From assembly GCA_964016885.1 (NCBI GenBank), contig OZ024740.1:89652001-89716000 (forward strand): 64,000 bases of DNA, given 5' to 3'. This document shows positions 37,938 to 50,733 of this stretch, piece after piece. Under the pieces are notes generated by a model. That model saw only the letters and a program-made list of their open reading frames with translations, was not told the DNA's origin and made no database searches. The stretch's first letter is position 1, and each line of letters opens with the position of its first letter. The DNA comes from Eledone cirrhosa. Lineage: Eukaryota. A program made the translations under genes and the position numbers.

Positions 37938-38186
37938 CAATAATGTTTTGAACAGTACTTTGATTCTTATATTTCATATAACTGCTCTGTAAATCATCTG
38001 ATGTTTTTACATTGAGCTACTTAACTTACTGGTAATAAGGTAGTAATACATTACTGCCTACCACTATTTAGGGTGTGTGTAAAATACTTACAACTGCTTA
38101 AGGTTTTGTGTTTACATAACCATAAATAGTATAACTAATACTATTAACTGCTCCATATCGTTGAGCTGACATATAATATTGCCAAT

Positions 38187-40727
38187 ATGCTAATCAAAGA
38201 CCAACTCCCCATGTCAACCAAGAACATACCAATACCATCCAGGAATACATATGAGAAATTGCTGATCAACAGTGTAAATTCATTTATCAATAGAGTGAGA
38301 TGGAGGACATTCCATTATGATAGAAACAAATCTAACAACTTGAATAATACTAACAATTTTGACTCCTTCGGCTTTAAAACCTTTAAAAGCCCCCCTCATA
38401 ACACTCTACTTAACTCCTTTGAAAATGACCTAGTTAAACTAGTTAAGAACATTAAATACAATAAGCACCATATTAGAAGCAACACCTTCTTAAACAAACT
38501 TAACACTTCTATTAGTGGATTCAAAACTAGTAATAAAATTATTGTACACGCAGATAAAACTAATAACATATACAGCCTAGATTATATTACTTATAGAAAG
38601 TTTATATATAATGAACTACATAAAAGCTACAAAAAAACCACCTTGAAAAACTTAGAAGATATTAATGTAGAGGGTTATAATATAGTGTCTAAACTAGGAC
38701 TACAGAGGCATACACAACCTTTCACTCCGAACCCCCCTAGATTCTCTCTGAAGGACCATAAGGAGAACTTCATCAGCAACCCCACGATAAGACTTATCTG
38801 CCCTTCCAAGTCCGACATTGGTATTATCAGCAAGAAGATTTTGGATAAAATCATCCCACAAATTAAACACAAGATACACCTTAAACAATGGGGAAATACG
38901 GGTGAAGTAATTGAATGGTTCAAGGATATCAAGAATAATAAGAACAAAAAATGTATTCAATTTGATATCAATTCATACTACACCTCTATTTCCCCTATCC
39001 TATTAAATAAGGCACTTATCATGGCCATGACCAATAGCGACCTGACTAGAGCCCAGGTTGATGTCATCCTTGCGGCCCGTAAAACCATAATCACCTTCGA
39101 GGACCAACTATGGACACGCAAGGATACTCACAACAACTTCGACATAACCATGGGATCTAGTGACTCGGCGCAGGTCACTGATTTGGTCGGCCTATACCTC
39201 CTCAATGAAATCCATAAAGACCTCCCTTACCTCAACGGTGGTGTGTACCGCGATGATGCACTTCTACTCATAGAATATAAAAAATTTAATATAGAAAGAA
39301 CTAGAAAACAACTGCATAAGACATTCAAAAACTTTAACCTTAGTATCACCATGGACAAAAACACTAAAAATGTTAACTTCCTAGACGCCACACTATACCT
39401 AGACTCAAAAATATATACACCTTTCCATAAGCCTAATGAGAAACTTATTTACGTAGATACCAAGTCTAATCACCCTAGATCAATATTAAACTCTATCTCT
39501 AAGGGGGTGTCCAATAGAATATCTAGTCTGTCCTATGACGCAAACATATTTAGCAAAAACTCACAATATTACAATCAAGCATTAGCTAGATCCGGCCATA
39601 ATATAGAAATTGAGTTCCTACCTAAGAAAACACATAGCTACAACATCATCTCGCACAACATGTCCATGAGGAAATCTAATAATAGGAATAGAAACCACAA
39701 GTACACCAAAGCGGAGGGTGCCACCGGAAGTAACCATTACCATGGAAACTACTGTGAGGCCTTAGGAGGAAGCAACACACCAAACACTAAAAGCAAAAAT
39801 AGAAGAAGAAATAATACATTTTTCAACCCTCCTTTCAACCTAAATGTCTCCACCAACATACCTAGGGCTTTCTTCTCACTACTAGATAAAAACTTCCCTC
39901 TAGGACACAAGTACCACAACCTCTTAAACAAAAACACCATTAAAATCTCATACTCTACGACGCCTAACTTAGCATACCACATAGCTAGCAGCAATAATAG
40001 TAAAATTAGTTCTTACTTCCAACAAACAAAATCACAACGGGATGCAAACCCTCTAAATACCACTGTAGCAAGCAACAATAGCAACGGCAGTAACAATAGA
40101 AATAACACTAGTATAAGTAATAACACCAGGGTTGTCAACCCGAACACCCAAAATCCTATATCCACCACACAGACTTCCGCATTGCATTATAACCAGCGGA
40201 CTAACGCACAGAATAATTGTAACTGTAGAGCTAATAGAACCTGCCCTTTAGATAAAAAATGCCTAACCAAGGATGTCATATACTCATGCACAGTCACGAC
40301 TAATAACTCTTCAGAAACCTATGTAGGCTCCACTTCTAACTGCTTCAAAATCAGATATAACTCGCACATCCACTCGTTCAAAAATCACAGCCTAGCCAAC
40401 TCCACATCACTTTCTAGCTACATACACTATCTAAAATCTAAAAATAAACCATACACACTCAAATGGGAAGTGATAGGCAGCGCGACCTCGTACAAACCAC
40501 CTAATAAATTCTGTAACCTCTGTATACTAGAGACACACAATATTATCTTCTCCAACCGTAACCTACTTAACAAAAAACTGAGGTGTTTGCAACTTGCCAG
40601 CACCGCCTCAGACATTCCTTCCAAAACTTTAAGCCCTATATATAGCAATGTCGGACTGGAACCTAACACCACATCTAGCATCAAACACCAGAGACACACC
40701 CTATACTACATACCCACCACTAGCTGA
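38187..40727 (+). CDS. PLE polyprotein: reverse transcriptase + C-terminal GIY-YIG endonuclease
   Basis: 846 aa open frame with ADKT, IRLI, FDINSYYTSI, TMG, YRDD, NFLD, SNHP, linker CNCRANRTCPLDKKC and VIY..YVG..R..H. The true C-terminus is probably ..NKKSEVFATCQH..KPYI* (see the inverted copy). Confidence 0.93.
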   Translation: MLIKDQLPMSTKNIPIPSRNTYEKLLINSVNSFINRVRWRTFHYDRNKSNNLNNTNNFDSFGFKTFKSPPHNTLLNSFENDLVKLVKNIKYNKHHIRSNTFLNKLNTSISGFKTSNKIIVHADKTNNIYSLDYITYRKFIYNELHKSYKKTTLKNLEDINVEGYNIVSKLGLQRHTQPFTPNPPRFSLKDHKENFISNPTIRLICPSKSDIGIISKKILDKIIPQIKHKIHLKQWGNTGEVIEWFKDIKNNKNKKCIQFDINSYYTSISPILLNKALIMAMTNSDLTRAQVDVILAARKTIITFEDQLWTRKDTHNNFDITMGSSDSAQVTDLVGLYLLNEIHKDLPYLNGGVYRDDALLLIEYKKFNIERTRKQLHKTFKNFNLSITMDKNTKNVNFLDATLYLDSKIYTPFHKPNEKLIYVDTKSNHPRSILNSISKGVSNRISSLSYDANIFSKNSQYYNQALARSGHNIEIEFLPKKTHSYNIISHNMSMRKSNNRNRNHKYTKAEGATGSNHYHGNYCEALGGSNTPNTKSKNRRRNNTFFNPPFNLNVSTNIPRAFFSLLDKNFPLGHKYHNLLNKNTIKISYSTTPNLAYHIASSNNSKISSYFQQTKSQRDANPLNTTVASNNSNGSNNRNNTSISNNTRVVNPNTQNPISTTQTSALHYNQRTNAQNNCNCRANRTCPLDKKCLTKDVIYSCTVTTNNSSETYVGSTSNCFKIRYNSHIHSFKNHSLANSTSLSSYIHYLKSKNKPYTLKWEVIGSATSYKPPNKFCNLCILETHNIIFSNRNLLNKKLRCLQLASTASDIPSKTLSPIYSNVGLEPNTTSSIKHQRHTLYYIPTTS

Positions 40728-42087
40728 TCCATTATAACACAAACAACGACATCCCTCTGGAACCCTTCGCAGGGAAAATACCCATTTATACCTCTACGGC
40801 AGGTGTGACAACATCCACCCACTTGGACGGCACTACACCGCTCTAAGGGTAATTTGAGCATGAATTGATCGGCTGGATGGTGTTGGGCAGAGGAAACACC
40901 TTCCTTAGACAGATGTAAAATGATTTAATCGAGTAGCGCTGCTGACCAGTAGGACCGGGCTGCTGAGCGCAGTGAGTGAATGCAATGCAACTGCCGTGCG
41001 GGTTGTACGTATATGGATGATCTGACGGTCAGAGAGGGGTCGCGAGGACTGCGGATTGACCTTTGGCCTGCCTGGGGACGATTATCTTTCGACATCCAAT
41101 GTAGCAAGCGATGACCCAGATCTTACCAGAGATCATTGGGTCCTGAAGCAATCCTGCAATCACCGCGCCTGGTCATATGAGCAGACTACAACCGCAGAGA
41201 TCATTAATTTAGAATCCTCGCTCATCATCTATAATTTCCATTTGTAGCACCTTAAGATGGGTTAATCCACCTTAATAATAATATGATCACCTTCAGCATA
41301 ACTTAGTTAAACTACTCTATAGTTAGTACACTTTATGCTTTAAAAGTCTCTCTTGGAAGGTGCACTTCACCATAGAATTTAGGGTCTATATTGGGACACA
41401 TTTTAATGGCTAGATATAGAAACCCCAGAGTTACCTCCCCGCATGCATTAACTCCACTTAGCCACACACACACTTCCGGTATTCAATGGCGTTTCTCGAA
41501 ACGTAACAACCTCCTGTATCGAACTAAAGAACACCAGACTACGATCTCTAACTAGATTGTCGTGGATTATGTGAAAGGCATATAATCGAAATATACACTC
41601 CCTTGACCATGAAAATGCCGAAGTACATGAATTACTTGACATCCCTGCGCTGTGCATCTCCAATACTTATAACACTTTTAATGCTTGCACTATCTTTAAT
41701 GCTTATAATATTTCTCCACACACAGACTATATCAATCATATAAAGACTTTGCCACCAGATCTACCAACCTAACACTCTTATTTACCTACCTAAGTGCCTC
41801 TACCACACATATCTCTCTGCCACACTATATAAACAAGACGCACATGCGTGCCACACATATAACATTTACACTATATAACCACTTATCTTCATGTTGTACT
41901 TTAACCTATATCTTTGATTTTTGATTGTACCTATTAATATAAATGTAATCTCGAAGTGTGTACTGCCACTCTAAATTCTGTAATGAATGTTGACCCACAA
42001 TGTTTGAATATGTATCAATGTTTGAATATGTATTGGTATGTCTCTCGGCTGAAAGGGAGGTCATATAACTGTCCATGCATTAATAAA

Positions 42088-42135
42088 TTGCTCCGAAGAA
42101 TCCAAACCTCGGTTTGGAGGAAACAGCTATAAGCA
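42088..42135 (+). ncRNA. Minimal type I hammerhead ribozyme in the 3' pLTR
   Basis: Same as 37890-37937, but stem III reads cagctA-TA (one substitution). Confidence 0.72.
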
Positions 42136-42336
42136 CAATAATGTTTTGAACAGTTCTTTGATTCTTATATTTCATATAACTGCTCTGTAAATCATCTGAT
42201 GTTTTTACATTGAGCTACTTAACTTACTGGTAATAAGGTAGTAATACATTACTGCCTACCACTATTTAGGGTGTGTGTAAAATACTTACAACTGCTTAAG
42301 GTTTTGTGTTTACATAACCATAAATAGTATAACTAA

Positions 42337-42450
<114 letters not shown>

Positions 42451-42530
42451 CGAAGGAAAAGTGGTAAGGAACCAGGTGGACCATAACGCACCAAAGTACT
42501 CAATACTTAGGGTACTAGAGTGGGTAATAG

Positions 42531-42637
42531 GAACAAGTAAGACCCCGACGGCTGAGCGCAAGCCGTTTCGACGGCTAATTCTGGAATCAGAATTAGCCGT
42601 CGAAACGGCTTGAGCTCAGCCGTCGGGGTCTTACTTG

Positions 42638-42640
<3 letters not shown>
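42531..42640. repeat. Near-perfect 110 bp palindrome
   Basis: gaacaagtaagaccccgacggctgagc..aattctg(gaat)cagaatt..gctcagccgtcggggtcttacttgttc, with one mismatch. Confidence 0.95.
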
Positions 42641-42696
<56 letters not shown>

Positions 42697-45600
42697 GATT
42701 TTTTTATTAACCACAAGGGTTTACATAAAGTAGACATTAAGGACAGTGCAGGATAATACAGAACGGTACAAATGGGCATTTCTGCGTGTAAAAAACAAAA
42801 CAGAGGATGTAACAAAAAAATAACAATGAAAAATTCCCCAATAGGGGGGAGACTTCGGAGGGACATTTGTGGAGAAAGCCCAGTAAAAGGCCACAATGAC
42901 CCTGACCACCAAGACAAGTGCCCTCTCCCAGTTTTCCACCTTTAATTTACAGATATATACTCAGAGTAGGCTCATTCACTTCTTGCTTCTCTCACCCATC
43001 TCTCAACAAAATGCTGGGAAGACAGTACTTCCCTCTCTACTCTGATTTTCCTTTTCAAATGAAATTTGAAAAAGTCAATCAGAGCATCACCGAAGATGTA
43101 AGTGCTCGTCTTCAGCCCTTTCAAGCGTGTCCACCATACTATCTCTTTCGCCATGGCCACCAGACAGATAAAAACTGCCTGCCCTTCGCGGCTAAAGGAG
43201 GAGGGCGGGGCAATCCTCACGATGGACTCAGATGATAGCAGGATCCGTCCTAAACGCGACAGCAGGTGTTCGACATAAACCCACAAGTCAGCAATTTTCG
43301 GACACTGGACGAGTGCGTGCTGGACGGTTTCGACGCCCTGCGCGCATCTCGGACATGCCCGGCTGACGGCACCTCCATGGCTGTAGAGTTTATCCCGAAC
43401 TGGCAAGGCTCCTCGGTAGCACTGCCAGGCCAGAGATTTCTGGAAGTTGTCCATAGGCCCTGGCCCGAAAGTTCTTCCGAAGAGATTGGCTAGTTGATTT
43501 TAGTCGACGGCTAGAGTTTCCCCAAGTACGTCGTCGCTCTTCCCCTCCACTAATCCTCTATAGAACGCCGAGGTGGAGTTTCCACCGATCACATTGCCCG
43601 ATTGGTAGAGGGCTGTGAGCGCCTGAAGACGTTCCTGTCTCCAGGCGCTCCCACCCGGTCTTCGCTTGACCCAGGACTGCAACTCCGTTAAGGAAACGAG
43701 CTGGGGAAATACGTGTCTAGCAAACGGCGACCACACCTGATCACCGTCGAGGAAGAGGTGGAGATATCGTAGCCTGAGCGCGTGCCTGCGCATCATCAAC
43801 CACGGCATTCCCAACCCTCCACGTAGCGGGTGTTGACAACAGATGGACCGCCTGACCATCGGAGCGCGTCCCTTATACAAAAACGAAAGAGCAAACGCTC
43901 CAGCGCAGTCAGGCGAGGCTTAGGACAATGTACGACGGTCAGGCGGTAGCAGATGACAGACGCGATGTACGCGTTAGCCACCTCCGCTCGACCTTTCAGG
44001 GACAGCTTCCTCTCCGCCCATTTCTGGGTGAGAGAAGCCACCCTGCTCGTCACCTCGTCCCAGTTTTTTTCCGTCTGGAGGTCCGGACCGAAGCAGACCC
44101 CTAGCAATTTAACCGGTCCGTCCGTCCAGCGTCCGCCAACGCTGTTGGACGGCATGGACCTGTCTCTCCAGGTGCCGAGCTGCAGGCCCACTGACTTTTC
44201 CTGGTTGATCATTGCTCCTGTCACCGCTTCGTATTCTCTTAGTGTAGTGCCGATCGCCTCGATGTGTTTGGCGTTCGACACCACTCACGGTGACATCGTC
44301 CGCATATGCTGACACGGATCTTCCGCATCCTAGTTCGCGCGGGACGCCCCTCAACGTCTCCAGTTTGTGCAGTAATGGCTCGAGAGTCAATACGTACAAG
44401 AGGGACGAGAGGGGACATCCCTGGCGGACCGAGCGCATGATGTTGAACGGTTCCGACAGGTGACCGTTCACTCTCACCACAAAGCAGATGTCGCTGTGCA
44501 TGGCAGCGATCCAGCCTCTGAAGACGGGCCCAAAGCCAGCCGCCCTCAGGACTGCCGCTGGGTAACGATGGTCGACCCTATCGAAAACTTTCGACTGATT
44601 TAAATTGATCAAGGACCCACCCGTGCCAGGTTCCCTAGCTACCCTCTCTACGATGTATCGCACGAGGTGGAGGTTGTCGTGGATGGATCTGTCGGGAATG
44701 GCGCATGTCTGCGCCTCTCCCACCAGACCACCGACGACAAGCGCCAACCTCTTTGCTAGCATCTTGGCCAAAATCTTGAACTCTGTGTTTAGCAGAGTTA
44801 TGGGCCGGAAATTATCTATGTCATCCCCCTTGTTCGGATCCTTTCTCAGCAGTGCCACCGCTCCTCGGCTCACAGAACTGGGAATTCTCCGGTTCTGTTG
44901 CCAGTTGCAGTAGACGTCTGTCAAGAGGCCTCCGAACAAGTCTGGCATCTGTACGTAAAGTTCATAGGGCAGACCATCCAAACCAGGCGATTTACCCCTT
45001 GTGCAGCCAGTCATTGCCTCCCTTACTTCAGCGGATGTTATCGGCTTTTGGCAACACCTCGCCTCAGTGGCCGAGAGCCGCGGCAGTCCGTCGAGGTAGA
45101 CACTAAAGTCCATCCCTCGACCCGGCCCACCGCTGCCCCCGAACAGCTGAACGAGGTGTCGCTGAAAAGCATCACACATTTGCCTGGGATCGAGTAGCAT
45201 GCGCCCCTCGTGGTCCACCAAAGACCGGATCGTGGCTTTGTTGCCACGACACGCCTCTGCCACTCGGGCCCATTGAACGGCTTTCGTCCCCTCGTGTCTG
45301 AGAGCACGCACACTTGCTCTGACAACGCAGCCTTCGTGCTTTACATTGAAGAATTGGTCAAGGGCCAATTTCGCCGCAAGCACGTCGGTCGCAATGCCTT
45401 TGCTAAGCGCCTCGTCTAATTTTCTAACTAGTTCTCCCTCTGCTCTATTTTTCTCTATTGCTAAACCCTTACTAAACCTAATGGATTCTATTCTAATCGC
45501 TCTTTTCAGAGCAAACCACCACTTGTTGTTGACGATGACCCCCGTCAACGCCCGCTTAACTAGTTCGCTAATCCGGTCTCTGTAGGCCTTGCGCGCGGGT

Positions 45601-48600
45601 ACGGACGCGTTTAGCTTCCAGTAGCCGGGTCCTCGTCTATGAAGCCTATCTAAGTCAAGCACACAGATCACGAATTTGTGGTCCGTGTAGCTGACTATCT
45701 TGAATTGTGGACAGCCTATGCTAGACCTATCTATTTCCCTACAAAATACTCTATCTAGATATGATCTGGATGAATGACCCTATGCGATTTGTCCAAGTCC
45801 ACATTGGCACATTCGGGAAATCCAATCGGTACCTGTCAGACAGTTCAAAACGCCTGAGCAGGTTGGTGAGGCTCTTGCACCCTCCACCCCTATCCACTAA
45901 TCCCACACAGTCCCAGCGTGCATCTAAGATCCCATTCCAGTCGCCCACTAACACTAAAGAGCGGGACGTTCCAAGAAAGGTCTCCAGACGCCGGAAGAAA
46001 TCAGGCCGCCCTGCTCCTGTCGGGACATAGACGGCCACTAGCCTGAAAGCTTGCCCGTCTCCGCTGGTTACGTCCAGCACCACCAGCTTACCCTCTGGGT
46101 CCAGGAAGATGGTCCGTATGGCGAGATCCAAACTTCTCCGAAAAAGCACAGCAACTCCTCCACCCGATCCAGGACGGCTGGGAGATGCGTACACATCGTA
46201 GCCGCCAAAGATCGGTGCGAAGGCCCGTGCTTCGGAGATTCTGGTCTCGCTGATGGCCACTACATCTATGTTTAGTGACCTGAGTTCGTTGAGCAGGTGA
46301 CCCTGCTTCCATGACGACCCCAAGCCACGCGCATTTATGCTGCCTATTCTGAGTGAGGTCATGTTTAAAATAGAGTGGAAAAGATGGGAAAGACCACTTA
46401 CCGTACTTTTCGTAGAGGAGGGATGGTTTTTACATCCCTTCTCACTTGATCGTTGGTGAAGGGACCGTTGAATCGTCCCTTCGGCTGGTCGTCGGCTCTT
46501 CTAAGAGAATGTCTGAATATACTCTTCGATTGATAGTTCCTCCTAGGACCCTGAAATCACCAACTAAGGGTTGGGAAATTTCGTTTTTATGTTTGTGTAT
46601 TGTTTCTGTGCTATTTTTAGCAGTCTTATGTTAGTTAGCGTTTTGATTGGTGCTGGTATTATGTAGTCGTGTTGTGAAATGTCTGTGTGTTCAATTATGT
46701 AAGTCATTAGTTTCTTGTTGTGTGTATTTATTGCCGTGCATTTGTTTTTCTGGGGGTAGGGCGTGGTTCTGCTATTTTCTTGTCGTTGTTGCTGGGTGTG
46801 TGTGTTTTGTTGTTGTGTTTGCGATGTTGGTGCTTGTGGTGGTGGTGTTGAAGGTGTTGTTGGCGGTGGGGTTGTCGCCGGTGGTGATGGTGGTGCTAGT
46901 GTGGGTGGTGATGGTGTTGGTGGTCTTGCTGCTGTGGGTCTCTTTGCAGTAGACTTTACTCTTTTCTCATTTCTTTCCTCCCTTTTCAAAGGCGACGATG
47001 CGCTGCTTCTGCATTTGTGCCTTCTTACGACATTTTGCCATCCCTCTCCCACCTCACACTCCATGTCTGATTCTGTGAGGTCGGGGAGGGGTACCAGCTC
47101 CACACTTTCACTTGTTGTTGTTGGTGATGTTTGCACTGGAGTCTCTGTTGCAGCTGCATTTGGTATTGCTGTTGTTGTTGTTAATATTTCCACTGCTGCT
47201 GCTGTTTTTGATTTCCGTGGCGTGGGTATGGGTGCCACGGACCTATCGTTCCTAGTTGCCGCTTGTCCTGTTGCTGGTAGCCGTGGAGCCGGTTTCGGAA
47301 GGAGGGGGTTTTTCTCCTTTCTCAGGGTCTTCTCGTTGCAGAAGGCCCTGAGGTGAGTCTTCGATCCACAGCGAAAGCATTTCGGGGGTTTTCCCTCAAC
47401 ACTTATGGGTAGATGAGTGCCGTTATCAAAGTCTATCACATCCGGGATAGCTTCGATGCACTCCTGGTTGGTTTGGATTAGCATCTCAATGGAGGTGCCG
47501 ACCCAATCTTCTCTTACTTTTTATTGTACTAGCAGTACAGTTGTTTTGTCCTCGATTCCGACGAGGACAGACGCGGCCAGCAAAGAAGGGGCCATCCCGG
47601 GGAAAACGTGGGTCAGTTTGACCCTCACCATGTTTTGTCCGCAGTAGGAGGGCACCAACACCATTTCCTCGCTCCTTAGGGTCACTACGGATTGGGCCTT
47701 TGCCTCCTGGGGTGTGGCAAAAATTACGTCTACGGTGGCATATTTTTTGCCTCCGGTGATGTGCGTTTTCCGCTGCTACACAGACCCCAAGGCTTTTTGT
47801 ATTTGAGCCTCTGTGGCTCTTTCCACCCACGGGATATTGTACTTACTGTACGGTACGTGACCGTACAGTGCTGTTGGGTTTCGAAAAATGTTTCCGCTGC
47901 CTTGCAGATTGCTCGGTGTCCAGTCTTTGTCACCATCTTCTTCGCTTCCTCTAATTCCTCATTTGTTATGAGGATTGGTTCCAAGTTTTTCGCAATACCT
48001 GCAAATGAGATTGGTTTTTCTTTGCTGCTGTTGTTGTTGTTGTCGTCAGAGCTGCTGTTACTTTTGTTGTTGCTGCAGGTACTACGACTACTGCCTCCGC
48101 CGCTGTTGCTGTGGTTGTTGTTGGTGTTGCTGCTGCTAATGCTGTTGTCGTTTATGCTGCTGGTGATGCTGTTGCGGCTGCTACTGTTGTTTTCATTGTC
48201 ACTGTTGCTGTTGTTATTACGGCTGCTACTGCTATTATTCCTGACGTCAGACGAATGAACTGGGTTTTCGTATTTCCCGCACACCTGTTTCGTCGCTGTC
48301 GTCGTCGTCGTGGAGAAACATTGCACGCTTTGCGCGAGACTTTTCTTTTCTTTCGTCGCTTGCGAAAGAGAAGGGAGGGAGAGAGACACATTTAAAGAAG
48401 GGAGGGAGAGAGACAATCTTCTCTCTGCTGTAGTGATGATTGAGGAAGAAGAAGACGGAATGAGTGGGAGTGACCTATGAAATTTCTTTTTCGTAGCCAT
48501 GTTGTTTTCTTTTTTTGTTTAAAATAAATATTGGGTACAAAACCCCAATAAGCAGTTATTTAACCCCGAAGGGCCAAATAACGGGCAGAAAGACCCCTCT

Positions 48601-48720
48601 CACGAGGAGGAGGGTGTTTTTGTCTACAAGTTCGTTAAAGTTTTAAACAATTTACAACTGTTATAGTGTTCAAAATGTACAATACCTTACAGAGCCGAGC
48701 CTCCGTCAACCATAGCATTC
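42697..48720 (-). mobile_element. Tx1-clade LINE copy 5, full length, least decayed, chimeric
   Basis: ORF1 48500 to ~46398 (CFRCGSKTHLRAFC). ORF2 46362 to ~42950 with APE (MTSLRIGSINARG..GDWN), RT (520 aa open piece, YADD) and CPRC..HALVQC. Flanked by (TAA)n on the plus strand. Confidence 0.95.
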
Positions 48721-48762
<42 letters not shown>

Positions 48763-48929
48763 GTTTATTGAGTAGAGATGCGCGTTTTCCTATTGATCAA
48801 CTCAAGGCTCGATCTATATTGATCTAGCCCGAATTTGGAATCAAAAGCTCGTTGGACCTCTGCTGAGAACCTACACAACTGCACATTACGAATAATAAAA
48901 GATGGTATATGTATATATATATATATAAA

Positions 48930-49113
<184 letters not shown>

Positions 49114-49799
49114 TATACATATATATATAGTAATAATAATAAGTTTGAAGACATCAATCCAAAGAGGGCTCGATAAAGATAAGTATATATCAAATATATA
49201 AGAACCTGTTATTTTAATATATATATATATAATTATATAATATATATATATAACTTTTCAATCAAATTTTCGTATCATATTTTTTATTTGTTTGACCCGA
49301 ATTACTTGGTCGTTTTGTATGGCTGTGCGGATAATTGTTTAACCATCGTCTCTGTGTGTTTGGCCTTTAACGTATGTTGTAGCTCTGGTGCGTTAGAATC
49401 TATTGAGCGCTTGCCACACATCTCGGAAATTGTTTTTCGTTAATTTCCAATAGCCGAAATACGAATCTCCCTAATTTATATTTGTATTAATCCCCAGAGT
49501 CTAGCTATTGACCATTTAATTTTCTTGATTTTTATAGTTGATTCTATTGACTTCTGAATAGAAATTGTTAACTTTAAAACCATTCTGTTGAGAACTTAAT
49601 TCGTTTTGTGATATTTTGCAATTCTGCATTATTACACATACTGAATTCATCCACCAAAAATAAGGGTTGCCTCCCTTGCCGAGCCCCACGTGGGTATTGG
49701 TAACGGTCAATCCTTGGCCTGGCACTTGAACTAACACCTGTTGAGAAAGTGATCTCCCTGTTCAATCATCTTACCAAAAGCTTAGCATTATTTGTCTAA

Positions 49800-49986
49800 G
49801 CGGTGGATTGGCAGTATCGGTAGAGGGTCGACGCCATGCTTTCCAGCATAGTTACGTCCCTTTACGATCTGAGTTCAAATCCCGCTGAGGTTGACTTTGC
49901 CTTTCATCCTTACGAGGTCGATGAAATATAGTACCAGTAATGCACTGGGTAATTGCTGGCCTTGTGCCTAAAGTAGAAACAATTAT
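49800..49986 (+). mobile_element. tRNA-derived SINE (mirror copy at ~56589-56775, minus strand)
   Basis: Same A/B boxes, body and tail as 28936-29112. Confidence 0.88.
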
Positions 49987-50133
49987 TTGTCTCAGCGGAC
50001 AGTACTTGATTTAGGAGTCGCAGAAACGCAAATGCTTGATTTTTAACAACAATCCAGGGGTCCGGGTAAATTTTTCAAACATATTTTGTATTTGTTTGAC
50101 CCGAATTACTTGGTCGTTTCTATGACTGTGCGG

Positions 50134-50170
<37 letters not shown>

Positions 50171-50378
50171 CGTTTCTGAATTTATTTAGCAAGATTCTTT
50201 ATCTGAAAACGTTTGTTGAAACCGATATTGTTATACTTTGGGAGGGTCATGTTGCCAATAAGAAACACACGCACCAGATGCTTTCACTCCAATTTATTAT
50301 AATAAATTTATAAATTTAGGAATTCATAAATTTCCGGTTGGTTGGTTGGTTCCACAACCAGATGATTGTTTATATATT

Positions 50379-50421
50379 GTCAAAGTTCTTTCGTCACACA
50401 TTCTATGATCTCTTCAGTGAC
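50379..50421 (-). ncRNA. Minimal hammerhead ribozyme motif
   Basis: gtca-CTGAAGA-gatcata(gaatg)tgtgac-GAAA-gaac-TT-tgac; mirror copy at 56154-56196 (+). Confidence 0.68.
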
Positions 50422-50531
50422 TGGAGATTATTTTCTTTGTTTTTGTGCCTCTCCTTTCTTCTGTCCTACGCCAAACAAGATGGCGTAGGACAGAACAAAG
50501 GAGTGTCACAAAACAAAGAAAAGAATCCCCA

Positions 50532-50577
50532 GTCACTGAAGAGGTCACAGCATATGTGACGACGAAAGAACTTTGAC
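50532..50577 (+). ncRNA. Minimal hammerhead ribozyme motif
   Basis: gtca-CTGAAGA-g-gtcaca(gcata)tgtgac-gac-GAAA-gaac-TT-tgac. The mirror copy 55998-56043 (-) has CTGAACA. Confidence 0.7.
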
Positions 50578-50733
50578 AATATATGAACAACCATCCGGTT
50601 GTGGAACCAACGAACCTGATATTTATAAAATTTATAAAATGTATATATATAAAATTCATAAAATTCATAATAAATTGAAGTGAAAGCAGTGGTGCGTGTG
50701 TTTCTTATTGGCAACATGACCCTCCCAAAGTAT

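Noticed and set aside
40925-41663. Small ORFs recurring three times in the PLE 3' region (MTFGLPG.., MEMHSAG.., and a MQCNCRAGC stretch)
   Set aside because: The recurrence is explained by pLTR duplication. There is no recognisable domain, and the CNCRA echo of the linker is too short to support.
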